A DNA stretch of 64,000 nt from Octopus sinensis. Lineage: Eukaryota. Under the pieces are notes generated by a model. It was given only the letters and a program-made list of their open reading frames with translations. It was not told the DNA's origin and did not search any database. The stretch covers positions 8,556,001-8,620,000 of the forward strand of contig NC_043006.1 in assembly GCF_006345805.1 (NCBI RefSeq), written 5' to 3'. The position numbers and the translations under genes are program-made. Shown in pieces: positions 25,561 to 38,787 of this stretch (its first letter is position 1; each line of letters opens with the position of its first letter).

Positions 25561-27496
25561 AATATACAATAGACACAAATAGTCCAGTATAAGTTGCTCA
25601 TAATTTATCAGCCCAATCAACATTTAGCTGCTAGTTACAACATTCATGAAATCGTAATAATTGTGTTCGTAACACTGTTAGCTATACAATACTTTATGAA
25701 CACCCGGGTAGATTTGACGTCAAAAAACTAAAATATCCTATGAAAGAACTAAGGGATATATATAAAATTGATACAATAGAGCACAGGGAAATATGTAATC
25801 TAACGTTAAATCTAATCCCGTCGCTAAGGAAAAGACTGTGTAAATGATATAGAAGTCATACATGTCATACACGATAGTGGCTATGGCAGAACAGTCACTG
25901 TTCTCGCCATCCTAAAATTAACGTAGGACTCATATAATATGAAACTGGCAAAGAGAGAAGATATGGAATGAAATGGAAATATTTCAATTAAACAAAGTTG
26001 GTCTTAAAAATACAAATGTAAATGGATTCTTTTCAGGCATCAGGAGACCTCTCATAATTCAGGTTTGAATGTATTTAGGGAAGCAATGAACTTTTTAAAA
26101 ACGACACGAGCAAAGCTTATGTATAAAAAAAGGATCATACAAATAAAATTTTAAAATAGAAAAGGGGAATATTCCATCTGTCTCGTTCTTTTTAATCATA
26201 TTTGCCGTGGGTGTCTGAGTGAAGCCATTCAGGTAATAATCATAGCATTTTTCTTACAGAAATTGCATTTCAGATAATATTACATGATGCATCATTTGAA
26301 AAACCGGTATAAAACTAATGGAGAGTGACTTGGCTGCTATTCCTCGCAGTTCGACTGATCACATAGAGACTCTGCCATAAGCTCGCCGGATATCTTTTTT
26401 TATGAGACATGATATACTGAAAACTTACAAATATATTTGTAAAAACCTTCGCCATACATGAGGTGAAATATATATTAGAATGTGTTACGTAATATTTAGT
26501 ATGGTACCGAATTGTTAACCCAGTTCTTGATTCGTAAAATCGACGACATTTTGTTTATAGGCTGCTTTTTCTGTAATCGTTGAAGTATCTAGTAATCAGC
26601 GTAGATATCATAAGCTGGTATCTCTTCTATGGGGAAATATGCCGTTGCGATATCTATGATATCATACGTTTGATGATAAAAAACTAATCTCATATAGCGA
26701 TTCATAAAGCAATTTCATATTAAAGTACATATTTTGCAAAAAGTTATTTTAACGGCTTTTGCTATATACATTGTTTATGAGAAACCTTTGCTTTCATGTC
26801 AATAAAATTGCGTTATAAAGTATTTTATTATCGAGTATAAGCTTCTCTTTACAAGTTGCGACGAGTTTGATGTTATTTATGTATTCATAGATAACGCCAA
26901 GAATTGAAAAAAAAACCCAAAAAACGATGTAACGAATAGTACAAACACAGTATTAAATTCAGAAATATGACTTTAAAGTTACATATCTCTCGAGGACCAA
27001 TGGCTTGCAATTCGGACACAAATGTGTAATTTAGAAAACAAATTTCTCTTAAACTCATAATATGTAAAGTGTACTTTAAGATTGCTACGGCATTTCATAT
27101 CTGTTGTCACTGTTTATCGCAACTCACCCATTTGCAATGTTTTCCAATAATTCTAGGCATTTCTGTTGGGCCATAATGTCCGCCCTTTCCTGCCTGTTAC
27201 ATTGTTAAATATTTCCTATATGGAGTATTACATATAATATTTGGCATACCCGCCCACACATATGTATGTATGTGTGTTTGCGTGTACATGTGTTTGTCTA
27301 TGTGTGTAAGTGTATGTATGCATGCACTTATCTGTACGTGTGTTTGCGTGTGCAAGACTATATGAATATGTGTGTGTGTCCGTGTTGCTCGTACGTGTCG
27401 TCTATTTTTAATTATTTAAACACATCCTATAAAGAAGGAGTTGGTCTCTAGCGAATATACAACACTATTTTGCTAGAATGTTAACAAAAAATACAA

Positions 27497-27730
27497 TACC
27501 TATTTCTTTATTACCCACAAGGGGCTAAACACAGAGGAGACAAACAAGGACAGACATAGGTATTAAGTCGATTACATCGATCCCAGTGCGTAACTGGTAC
27601 TTAATTTATCGACCCCGAAAGGATGAAAGGCAAAGTCGACCTCGGCGGAATTTGAACTCAGAACGTAACGACAGACGAAATACGGCTACGCATTTCGCCC
27701 GGCGTGCTAACGTTTCTGCCAGCTCGCACC
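27497..27730 (-). mobile_element. SINE family A, full length
   Basis: Matches the 18604 and 20604 copies. Confidence 0.92.
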
Positions 27731-28303
27731 ACCTGTTACATTTCGTTTATATATTGTATTTCTCTTGTACCCGTTAGCTGGTTCATTTCTTTTTCTGAAA
27801 GCCGTAGTTTATCCGGATTATCACTTAGGCGTTTATTAAGGCAACCAAACTCACCGTATATTATTTATATGAACGAGGATTTGTAATATAGAAACTGAAG
27901 TTCTTGAATATAAACCTATTTTTGTATGGTAAATAAACATATTTTACTATAAACTTCGACGAGATATTCACAGCAGCAGGTTGCTAAACTGCGTTACGGT
28001 ATATATAATTTCTTGTTCGTCCAAAACAACTATATTTGGTCCGTATTTTGTACTTGGTAGGAATTTAATGGGAATTCTCCACTTATATATGTATAAGTCA
28101 ATGTATATCCTAATTTTTTGTGCTAGTTAGAGTTTCAAAATGTAGTTATTTCCTATATGGTGTATTACATATAATATTTGACACCGCCTCCTACACATAT
28201 ATATGTCTGTGTGTTTGTGTGCACATGTGTTTGTCTATGTGTGTAAATGTATGTATGCATGTAATAATATGTACGTGTATTTGCGTGTGCAAGACTACAC
28301 GAA

Positions 28304-28357
<54 letters not shown>

Positions 28358-28418
28358 GCTTGTTACGGTTTCAACAATGTAGTTCGTAACATAAAATCGA
28401 CAGACTAAACAAACTTAC

Positions 28419-28571
28419 CAAGTAGTACTCTGGCGGGGGCTGCGTCTCTGTTGATCCAAAATGATATCCAGGATAGTGCCACAATGAGGTAACAAGGTAA
28501 ATAAGTTTGTAGAATGAAAAATCCGAGATTTCTGGTAAAGTAAAACGATACACCAAGGATCGAATAATATG
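28419..28571 (-). CDS. Internal exon of an anion-selective Cys-loop ligand-gated ion channel subunit (GABA-A/glycine receptor-like; loop C end, TM1, TM1-TM2 linker, start of TM2)
   Basis: Translates as (x)[51 protein letters not shown](G). It has a pyrimidine-rich acceptor tttgtttctcttattccag and a G|gtaagt donor, is 153 nt long and is phase 1 at both ends. The motifs QTYLPC, LSW(I/V)SFW and PAR are typical of GABA-A/GlyR-type subunits. No other exon of the gene was recognised in the window. Confidence 0.95.
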
Positions 28572-29446
28572 CTGGAATAAGAGAAACAAAAATAAAATTA
28601 ATATTTAGCAATATGGAGATTAAATTTCATATACAGCGTAGTCTGATCCAAGTTTCTCCCCACCTCGCTCACTCTCCGTATATATATAAACTTAAATTCA
28701 TATTATATGTAACATTTTTATGGCTGCCCCCTCATTATCGAGTATGGCCATTGCACGAAGCTTAACTGTTACTGGTGCTGTGATCGAATGTGACTTTTTA
28801 GCCCAGCTAAAGATCTACAATGTCTTGTACAGAATTGGCAACTAATACCTTTACCGGTAATAGCCGGCTGTAATTGTAACTGGGCTTCATGTACCTTTGC
28901 ATATCGTTTAAGTAATTACGTGTATCAAAACAGACGTGGACTCGTATATATACACATGTATAAATACATACATATATGCATATACACACAAGCACACATA
29001 TATATGTTCACGAAAAAATGTTCTCAGAAATTAGAACGAGACTCTTAAGATAATTCTTTCTTTTCATATATTTCAATCTTTAATCGCAAACCCTTATAAC
29101 CTATGTTTTGTTTAAATATTTTCGCAGTCTCACTATGGAATCAAATGGTCTGTAATTCAATTATAACCTCTGCTGTAGGAGGTTTGAAAAGTGGAAATCT
29201 AAATTGGTTTCAGTGGATAACAAATGAAAAAGATTTGTTGTATCAGGTTCAAAATATTAACAAGTGCAAATAAAAATTTCGATTTTTCTCTATTCCTCCT
29301 ATTTTAAATTAATAAAATGGCCTTTCTATGATCCTTTTCTTGTAGTAATTCTTCATTCTCTTTGTAGTTGTTACTCACTTTTAGTTATTCTATGTGTTTT
29401 GGGAACGGAATAAAGTTTATCCTCAACATTATATGAACGAATGGAA

Positions 29447-29482
<36 letters not shown>

Positions 29483-29487
29483 TCCGT

Positions 29488-29689
29488 AATAATGAAGGGT
29501 GAAATTAATTAATTTGGAATAATTATCAATTACACCAAGTAGTCTTCGGCATGTAAAAGCCTCATTCGAGGAAAATTTAAGTAATACTAAGCAATAAAGG
29601 GTATAGCAACGAATTGCCTTACCACATACCGAATTTTACTAAATTCGGTATGTGGTAAGGCAATTCGTTGCTAAACCCTTTATTGCTTA

Positions 29690-29722
<33 letters not shown>

Positions 29723-29915
29723 AAAAAAGCAACAAGAATTGATCAATATATCGGTACAATTGTACCGATATATTGATCCATTCTTGTTGCCTTTTTCCTA
29801 TTTGTAATCACCCCACTTGTCGTATGGTTAACACCATATAGATTTCCGGTGCATCCTAGTTAAGGACCATATTCATGTGAATTCATTAGAACTCACTTGA
29901 ATCTCAATTACTTAA
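29488..29915. repeat. Two short (TA)n-embedded elements, head to head, each starting with a foldback hairpin
   Basis: 53-bp arms at 29584-29636 and 29641-29693 (1 mismatch), and a loopless 41-bp-arm palindrome at 29719-29800 (2 mismatches). Confidence 0.85.
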
Positions 29916-29918
29916 ACC

Positions 29919-29966
<48 letters not shown>

Positions 29967-30774
29967 ATGGTATTATTAAAATACCATCACAAGTGATAAG
30001 CGAATTATCAGCCGTACAGGCAAATTAATAAAGTACATACACACATTATTAGATATGTACATATATATACAAGGGCACTACATGTGTACCTATATCGCTA
30101 ACGATAGAAGTCAAAAAATACTTTCGTACCACCGAATAGTCACAAATCCATTACAGACAAGATAGGAAAAATATCGACATCAATATATATATATATATAA
30201 TGTGAGTATGTGTATATGTGTACGTATATTCCTTCAGATATTTTTAACTCACTTTCTTTTCATACATATAGCAATGAGAAATAATAGAGTGGATTCAGTG
30301 AAGTTTTCACTTGAGAACATATGTTAATTTTACAGTGAAATACTCCAGATATTTGCTATTCCAATCTTTATTTACTGTTAAACGGTATTTGTTATTCAAT
30401 CGCATTCAGGTTGAGCTTTTACGTAGCGTTCTTCTTTTTTTTTATTAATTATAGCGTGGTATTTGCGAACCTATGTTACCCGAGGAAATTCAGTTGAATA
30501 TAACAAAAGTTTTCGAAAATGACATATCTACAAAAAATGTAAAATGGCATATATTTATCAATGTCAAGAATTTCTCCTTTTTTTGTTACATATAAACTAT
30601 AGAGAATTGAACTATATTATTTTCCAGTTTCCTTATTTAATATATTTTTGTGTAGGTCGTTCTATGCATATTATTCCGGTATTCAATTCGCTTCTAGATA
30701 ATATTCTGTCGTACCTTGTGGCAGCAGTACTCATTATATCCTTGCATGATGATACGTGAGAAAAATGTATTCTA

Positions 30775-31951
30775 TTAGGTCGTCAAATATGAAATTTGTA
30801 GTGAGGTATATGATAAAATTTGACAGCTGCTCATTTTGCGCCATTATTATATTTTGATAATCTTTAATTTTTCTTAGAAAGCTGACACATCTATTTCTTT
30901 ATTCTAACTAATTTTGCGCTTTATAGATTATTTATAAATCGTTTGTTTTTTCCTATTTTTGTTTGGAGATGGATAAACCGGAATTTCGTTTTGAAATATG
31001 AGTTCGTTCTTGGAAATACACCATAACAGACAGGTAAGAATATTAATGGAATATTTCATCCCAATGTTATTACACAGCAGACAGTATCAAATTGGTTTGC
31101 AAAATTTCGTTCTGGTAACTTTGACCTCCCAAATGAGCAAGGCTGTCGACCAGAAACAGAAGTGGATAATGACGAACTGAAAGCCATTGCCCAGTCAGAT
31201 CCATCTCAAAGGGCCCGTGAATTATCATTGTTGTTTGGTGTTAGCAAGCAAACACTATTGACTCACCTAGCACAAATCGGTAAAGCGAAAAGTAGGTTAA
31301 GTGGGTTCCACATGAACACATTGAGAATCAGAAACAGCAACGTTTGGAAGCCTGAATCATTTTTGAATCGAATTGTAACATGTGATGAGAAATGGATCCA
31401 ATACAAAAACCGTAAACGTTCAGCACAATGGTTGGACAAAGACGAGCCACCAAATCACAGTTCAAAAAGCGAAATTCATCAAAAGAAGCCGATGATGTTT
31501 GTTTGGTGGTCTGGCGCAGGTGTGATCCATTATGATTTTATCGAACCTGGTTCATCAATCACGGCCGAAGTATACCGCAGCCGACTGAACTAGTGATGCG
31601 GAAAATTACAAAATAAAACCCCAGCAAAAACAAAAACAAAAATAAACAATCAGCCTACATTGTTCAACAGATCCACTCCTATTTTATTGCAATACAACGC
31701 TAGACCACGCATCGCAAAAATGACATTGGTGAAAGTACGATAATTATGATGTTGTAAAACATGTCTTCCAAGATTTTATAGACTCTAGATTGCCAGGCTT
31801 TTACAGTTCCGGGTTGGACAAGCTACCGCTGAAATGGCAAAAGTGTATTGACAACATGGGTGCATACTTTGGTGAATGAAACTATTCCTTGTATTTATAA
31901 AACATTAGTAAACTTCCGTCTTTTCTACAAATGTCATACTTGACGACATAA
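30775..31951 (+). mobile_element. Decayed mariner (cecropia/Hsmar1-like) transposon
   Basis: 27-bp TIRs tta(g/t)gtcgtcaa(a/g)tatga(a/c)atttgtag with TA flanks. Protein remnants FLNRIVTCDEKWIQY, HQKKPMMFVWW and ITAEVY. Confidence 0.93.
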
Positions 31952-33859
31952 TACTACTATGTGCGCTATATTTAATAATTGTGATTGTAGTTAGAGTCCA
32001 TGTTCTTACATATCATTTCTTCCTTTGACTTTCGATAGATATAACGCTTGCCTATATGTAGTTTTCATCTACAATATGTATTATTTTACGATTTGTATTT
32101 ATGAGGATATTTTGATTCATACGATTGAAAATGTTAATTGCAGGTTCTCTACTATAGATCGAGTTATTTGTATATATGTTACAAATTTATTTCCGTGTAT
32201 CATATGTATCATATGTATATATATGTATCATATGTATAAGTCACTGGGTTCTACTCTATGTAATTTTTCCAGTTCAGTATTTTAATGGTTACTCACAAAA
32301 ACAAAGATATGCTTCCATAAGTGATAGTGCTATATCTTTGGATTCTATTCTATCATTGTAAATTTACTTATTTGTATAAGGTATAATTTTTTCATGAAAA
32401 AATTAGCTTGTCGAAAAACCCCCATCTAGAATCAATACAAGACTACATGAAATAGGTATACTCCAGTACATGTCTCGAGAATATGTCTCCCCCTACTATA
32501 AAAGCCACTCACATATGCTACACAGGTAACCCACATCAACACTCGCACGCATGCAACTAATTATATTCTTTCTCACTCTTATTTTTAGCCTTATTTATGG
32601 AAATATAAATACATTGTGTTGATCACAACAAATAGAACAAATTTAAATATGCTGCTTTTTAAAATAAAATTGTGGATTTTTTATCGAATATGTCTCAAAG
32701 AACATGTGTTATTGTGTACATTCCCAACGAAGATGCAACAATCTAAGCATTTCTATAGATGAAGCACAGCAATTTATTAGAATTGTGAGTGAAAAGTATA
32801 TGCCTCAAATCGAGATCGAAAGTAGGACGTGGAATCCATTTGCCTGGAGCTAATATTTACATAACATGAATAACCGATATAATGCTTCTTTTGCTCATGA
32901 TGATAATGATGGTGATGGGAATAAAACAACAACAAAAACAACAACAATAATAATACCGATATTAATAACAATATCAATAATAAGAATTACAAATAAATAA
33001 GAGCTATGCAACATATGGAATCTGAAAAAAAAATAATCGTAAATTGATGTATAGCAAGCGATTCGTTTTGTATTTCTGAGATATACGAAAAAGTTAAAAG
33101 CACATGTAATATAAACTTTGACAATGTTAATAGATTTGCAATTGAAATGCATAATTCAAGAAGCTAATGAAAAGACGCATTAGTGTTTCTTTATAATGCT
33201 GTTCTGAAAATCCATCACTTTTACCGTTATCTAAATATGAATAGCTATGATAAATCAGAAAATATGTTCCTTCACTTGGAAAGTGTTTCGGTAAATATAA
33301 AAAAAAGTGCTTCCATTGTACAGTTTTATTTGAAGCAATGAATTTAAAAATAACAATCCATCATACAAATACGTCAATAACATCAATGGAATCGTCTGCC
33401 CGGTTTTCATTGACCTGTTTGCAATATTCTCACAGGATATTTTCACCTGATAAAAGGTATTCAACAGTTAACCTAAGGTCATGTTGTTGGCACTCGCAAT
33501 GATATATGTATGTTTGAAAGGCATCATTATGGCATAAAGAGAGTGAGAGTGAAGGAAAATCAAACATATGCAATGAATGAAAGGTATTGGGAAATAGAAT
33601 GAAAGAAAATATAATGAGATGTGTGTTAATGCATATCTGACATTTGTATATCATTCGATATATTTATATGGGAGGAAAGGTTCATTTTGTAAAAAATACA
33701 ATACACAGATATCTGTAAAGTAAAAGCATTTACGAAGAATATACCTCGGGTACATATATTTATTTACCATATTTCAAGAAAAATCTCCATACTATCAGAC
33801 ACACCGAACATTCTAAGCACAATATACATACGTACATGTAAATGTACACAGACACGCCA

Positions 33860-33868
33860 ATATATATG

Positions 33869-33934
<66 letters not shown>

Positions 33935-34050
33935 TGTGTGTGCACGTGCGTGTATATGTTTGTGTATACATATATATATATATGCAGATATTGATATATA
34001 TAATATTTATGTATATATATATATATATATATTTCTACACAAACACATAT
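33860..34050. repeat. (TA)n/(TG)n microsatellite
   Basis: Direct reading. Confidence 0.9.
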
Positions 34051-34335
34051 ATATCATTAAATCATATAAAACCCGAATGTTATGCCAAGCTCATCCCCAG
34101 TTACTGGCTAGATTATGTCATTAGACAGAGGGAAATCTCTTGCTACATGATATAAATCAGAAATTCCATGGTACGGTTTGTGTCCATAGAAAAGGATAAG
34201 TGGGAGAAAGCGCAATAAACGACATTCTTTACTGAAAATCGCTACAATTGTTTCGACATAATACAATAGTGAAAGGCTGTGTAATTATCAGTCATCTGAA
34301 TGAAATGGCAGTAGAATCTAACGAAGGTCTTATTC

Positions 34336-34655
34336 GCGGAAAGTGTAACCTCTCGAAAGAGCTGTTCTTCACTCCTGCTCCAGAGCGTCGGCTGCGGGGT
34401 CATTCCGAAAAAACTATCTGCGACGATTTCATCTCAATCGAAGGAGAGGGGCTTTCTCCGTCCGGGTTGCGGATCCGTGGAACAAGCTGCCAGACGAGAT
34501 GGTGAAGATGCCGACGACCGCTTTGTTCAAAGTCTCCCTTGACCTCAAGTGGCCTGAACTCCTTACATGAACAACACCCTGTACATAACTCCATGTCACC
34601 CTACAAGGCCTTGCTTTTTGCTTTTTGGGCCAAAAAATTAACTAACTAACTAACT
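34336..34655 (+). mobile_element. 5'-truncated CR1-type LINE 3' end with an (AACT)n tail
   Basis: GKCNLSKELFFTPAPERRLRGHSEK; closely similar to 40776-41172. Confidence 0.88.
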
Positions 34656-35138
34656 TCAAAGGGAGGAACTCATGCCTTTGAGGGATCATAATGACCATTC
34701 ATGCGCGCGCGCGACCGCGTGGGAAAATACTCACACGCATGCACACATACACAGACATGTATGCGAAAAGGCATATACATACATCCATATATGGAAGGGC
34801 AGACATTAATAGGTTCCTTCTGCTAAAAATAAAGTAAGAATTTGTGAAGCATAATCATCAAGTGCTTTCTGATATACATATTTTCCGATTTTATAGGCGA
34901 AACCTCATTGTTTTATACATATATAAAAAATAAATAAAAATAAATAAATAAATAAAATAATAATAAAACAAAATATATATATATATTTAAAATTTATAAG
35001 TTTAATTTAAATATTTTAATTGGATTTTTATATTTTATATTTTATATTTTTTATATTTTTTAATTAGTTTTATTTCTATGTATTGGCTTATGATTTTCAC
35101 TGTTTGATTTGCCTAATAGTGGTTTTATCTCTAATTTA

Positions 35139-35197
<59 letters not shown>

Positions 35198-35629
35198 GTA
35201 TATATATGTTTGTATGTATGTATATGTGTGTGTGTACGGGTGTATATATATACATATATATAAGTATACATACATACATATATATGTGTGTGTGTGCGTG
35301 GCGTGCCTATGCCTGCGTGCGTATGTATTGTCCGTGTTTGTGGATAAATATTGTCTGCGTATATGCGTATGCATGTATGTGACTGAGTGTAGTCACTGTC
35401 ACCAGTTGGCGACATTATGATGTGTGTGTGTACTGTGTGTGTGTGAATGTATGTACGGTTTGCTTTAAGATGACAAAAGGCGAAGTAATTTAGACCAATA
35501 GCTACTGGGGTGTGAAGAGAAAGAACAAAATCCTGCCCTCTGCAGAACCGGAGGTCTGAGCGGCCTCTGTGCAAGAACAATCGGAACATACATAGATGTT
35601 GTAGCGAATTGCTTGATAGATAGATATAT

Positions 35630-36432
35630 ACCTTAATTAGCGATACAGAGCCGTACACAGAGGGGACAAAATACAATGTAGAGGTTTTATTTTCGAAAGA
35701 AGAATAGAGGAAAATAGGAAAAACAGGAGGAAACAATTCCGATCAAAAGGGATCGTATAAAAAGAAAATCCGATCAAAACGGATCGTGTATCAAAGAACA
35801 GAGCAGAAATGAAAAACGAGTGCGCGCAGAACGGTTTTGTCGCTCTGACCGCATCTCGGACAAGTTGGTCCGGTATATCTCGAACCGTAACTGTAGAGCT
35901 TATCCTGAACGGGCATTGCTTCCCGATAGCTCTGAGAGGTGAAGAATCTCTGGTGATTGTCCAAAGGTCCCGGCCCGAAAGTTGTCTTGAACTGGCGGGT
36001 CAGGTATTGCTCGTCGACGCCTAGATTCTCCCCGAGAACGTCGTCGCACCTCCCTTCAACTAATCCTCTACAGAACGCCTTCATGGAATTGAAGTCACAC
36101 AAGTTTGGTCCTGGACGGCAGAGTTGCTTCAGATAAAGCGGCACTGGCGGTGCCATTCGCCTAGCCTCGCACTCTGTTTGATCGACAACGGCAGCTCGGC
36201 CAAAGAGACGAGCTGCGGGAAAGTGCGCCTCAGAAATGGCGACCACACTTATTCACCGTCGTCTATGAAGCGCCGGAAATGTCGCAGTCTCAGTGCATTC
36301 CTGCGCTTCATCAACCTCGGCATGCGCAGCCCTTCATTTAGCGCGTATTGATAGCAAATGGATCGCCTCACCATCGGAACGCTTCCCTTCCACAAAAAAG
36401 GAAGAGGCTGCGTTCCAGTTTGATTGAATGCT

Positions 36433-36435
<3 letters not shown>
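35630..36435 (-). mobile_element. Truncated Tx1/L1-type LINE ORF2 C-terminal fragment
   Basis: LWKGSVPMVRR..GLRMP and, after a frameshift, YREAMPV..CPRCGQSDKTVLRAL (zinc-knuckle-like); abuts a (TA)n array. Confidence 0.8.
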
Positions 36436-36488
<53 letters not shown>

Positions 36489-36566
36489 GGAGATATATAG
36501 ATAGATAAAGAGATAGATAGATAGAAGGATAGATAGATAGATATATAGATAGATAGATAGATAGAG

Positions 36567-36628
<62 letters not shown>

Positions 36629-36655
36629 TTAGATAGATAGAAAGATAGATAGACA
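36436..36655. repeat. (TA)n-(GA)n-(GATA)n compound microsatellite
   Basis: Direct reading. Confidence 0.95.
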
Positions 36656-38178
36656 CATTATATTGAAATTATGTACTTTTGGGATTAGAATGTCGTTCCG
36701 ACCAGATAACTCGAAATATTTTGATTATATTAGTTTTATAATCGTTCCAGATATGATATTTTATATGTACAACTAATATATGGTGCACACTATTTTCTCT
36801 TGCATTTTATGTAAATGACAAAGATTTGCTATCGTTAGGGATTTTTGAGAAACAAGTGTCGTCCTTGAAGAATTATGTTTTACTGTTTTACAAACGAAAT
36901 TTCATATTTTATCTCTCATGAATTGTGGACAGCTTATATGTAATATGGCTTTCATTAAATGGCATTACATTGTACTCATCATATTTCCTGCGAAGAATAA
37001 TGCTTATATAAATCCTACTCGATTGGTCATCAAAAATATGATTTCTCATCAAATATCGCATATACTTTGTATAGATATATATTTGCTTTACTTTAAGTGT
37101 CATTTATTTAATTGCTACTACAAGATGTCTTTATGAACAGTAAATGTCCAACTACATTACTCTATTAAGACTTTCCTTTAATTTACATTCAGATATTTCA
37201 TTTGTGCTTGCAATGGTAAATAAGAGCTCAACTGCTAAAAGATTCGTGTGCCTAAATGCTGCTGCCAGTGTTTACATCCCAACAGGGGAGCTAAAAGATG
37301 GTTCGGAATCATACCATATCTGATAATTGTTAATTCTACACTTATATAGCTTTTATATCTGTTCACCAGTTCTTGAACAATGAATGATGCATAACGCGAT
37401 AAATTTTATCGACATTATTTTATACACCATTATAAATTGTTTCAAGCGTCTCTAATTATGCTTTTTAGAATAAAAGCAAACGTTTATCAGCTATTAGCTA
37501 CTGTATACAATGTAGATTGATGCTATTAATTGACACAACATTTTCAAATGAGTTCTTTATATTTTACCATAAAGTATTTGCTACGGAAATAATTAAAGTA
37601 TATTATATCTTTGATGTTAAAGCTTTGATGTCAGATGTTACATTTAATTTCAGGAACAAAGAACAACACTTCAACGGACTGTAGGTGTACGTGACAGAGT
37701 GCTAGCAGAAAAAGCGCATAGCCTTCTGTTTAATTAGTAACCCATAAATTAAATCTCATGTATACTGTAACACTAATTTGTCTTCTTGATGCTTTTAATC
37801 TGCTCCAGTTTTATTTCTCTTTATATATATATATATATATATATATATCTCCAGTAGATTATCTAAAACATATGTATATAACACACACACACGCACATAC
37901 TCACACACACACTCACAGTGGACTGAAGGTAGTAGAATACCACTGCTAGAAAAAACCAGCTGAAATGCTCTATTGCTGCTGTAAACGCACATATAATTAT
38001 ATACATACATACAGGCAGGGACTGGAAATTGGCGACTGAGATATCCCTTTACAGTACGGTTTCATCTTTAGGTCGAAGCATCCTCACAAGGGCGGCAGAA
38101 TTCGTTACTTCTCGGACAGCCGAGCTACGAGCATGTATGTATACGCCATGAAAAAGAAACATTATGGCTGATTTAGCG

Positions 38179-38341
38179 AATCGCTAATGTGTATACAAAT
38201 AATTAAATTTCACCAGCAATAAAACACTTTAGCACTTATTTCTAGCCGTGTAGGTGTTCTAACACCCTCATTCATAATCATGACACTTATCGTTTTCCTT
38301 TTTTTGGTGAAATTTAATTATTTGTATAAACATTAACGATT
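38179..38341. repeat. Small inverted repeat or possible MITE (37-bp arms)
   Basis: 38179-38215 and 38305-38341 are reverse complements with 2 mismatches around an 89-nt spacer. Confidence 0.75.
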
Positions 38342-38348
38342 ATACAAT

Positions 38349-38380
<32 letters not shown>

Positions 38381-38389
<9 letters not shown>

Positions 38390-38787
38390 TCTTTTATTTG
38401 TTTCAGGCATTTGACTGCGGCCATGCTGGAGCACCACCTTTAGTCGAGCAAATCGACCCCGGGACTTATTCTTTGTAAGCCCAGTACTTATTCTATCGGT
38501 CTCTTTTGCCGAACCGCTAGGTGACGGGGACGTAAACACACCAGCATCGGTTGTCAAACAATGCTAGGGGGACAAAAACAGACACACAAACATATACACA
38601 CACACTTATATATATGTATATACATATATACGAGAGGCTTCTTTCAGTTTCCGTCTACCAAATCCACTCACAAGGAATTGGTCGGCCCGGGGCTATAGCA
38701 GAAGACACTTGCCCAAGTTGCCACGCAGTGGGACTGAACCTGGAACCATGTGGTTGGTTAGCGAGCTACTTACCACACAGCCACTCA
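38381..38787 (-). mobile_element. SINE family B, full length
   Basis: Nearly identical to 11372-11790. Confidence 0.92.

Noticed and set aside
28419-28571. Idea that the exon belongs to a cephalopod chemotactile receptor
   Set aside because: Those receptors derive from cation-selective nicotinic subunits; this exon has the PAR anion motif and a GABA/Gly-type TM1.
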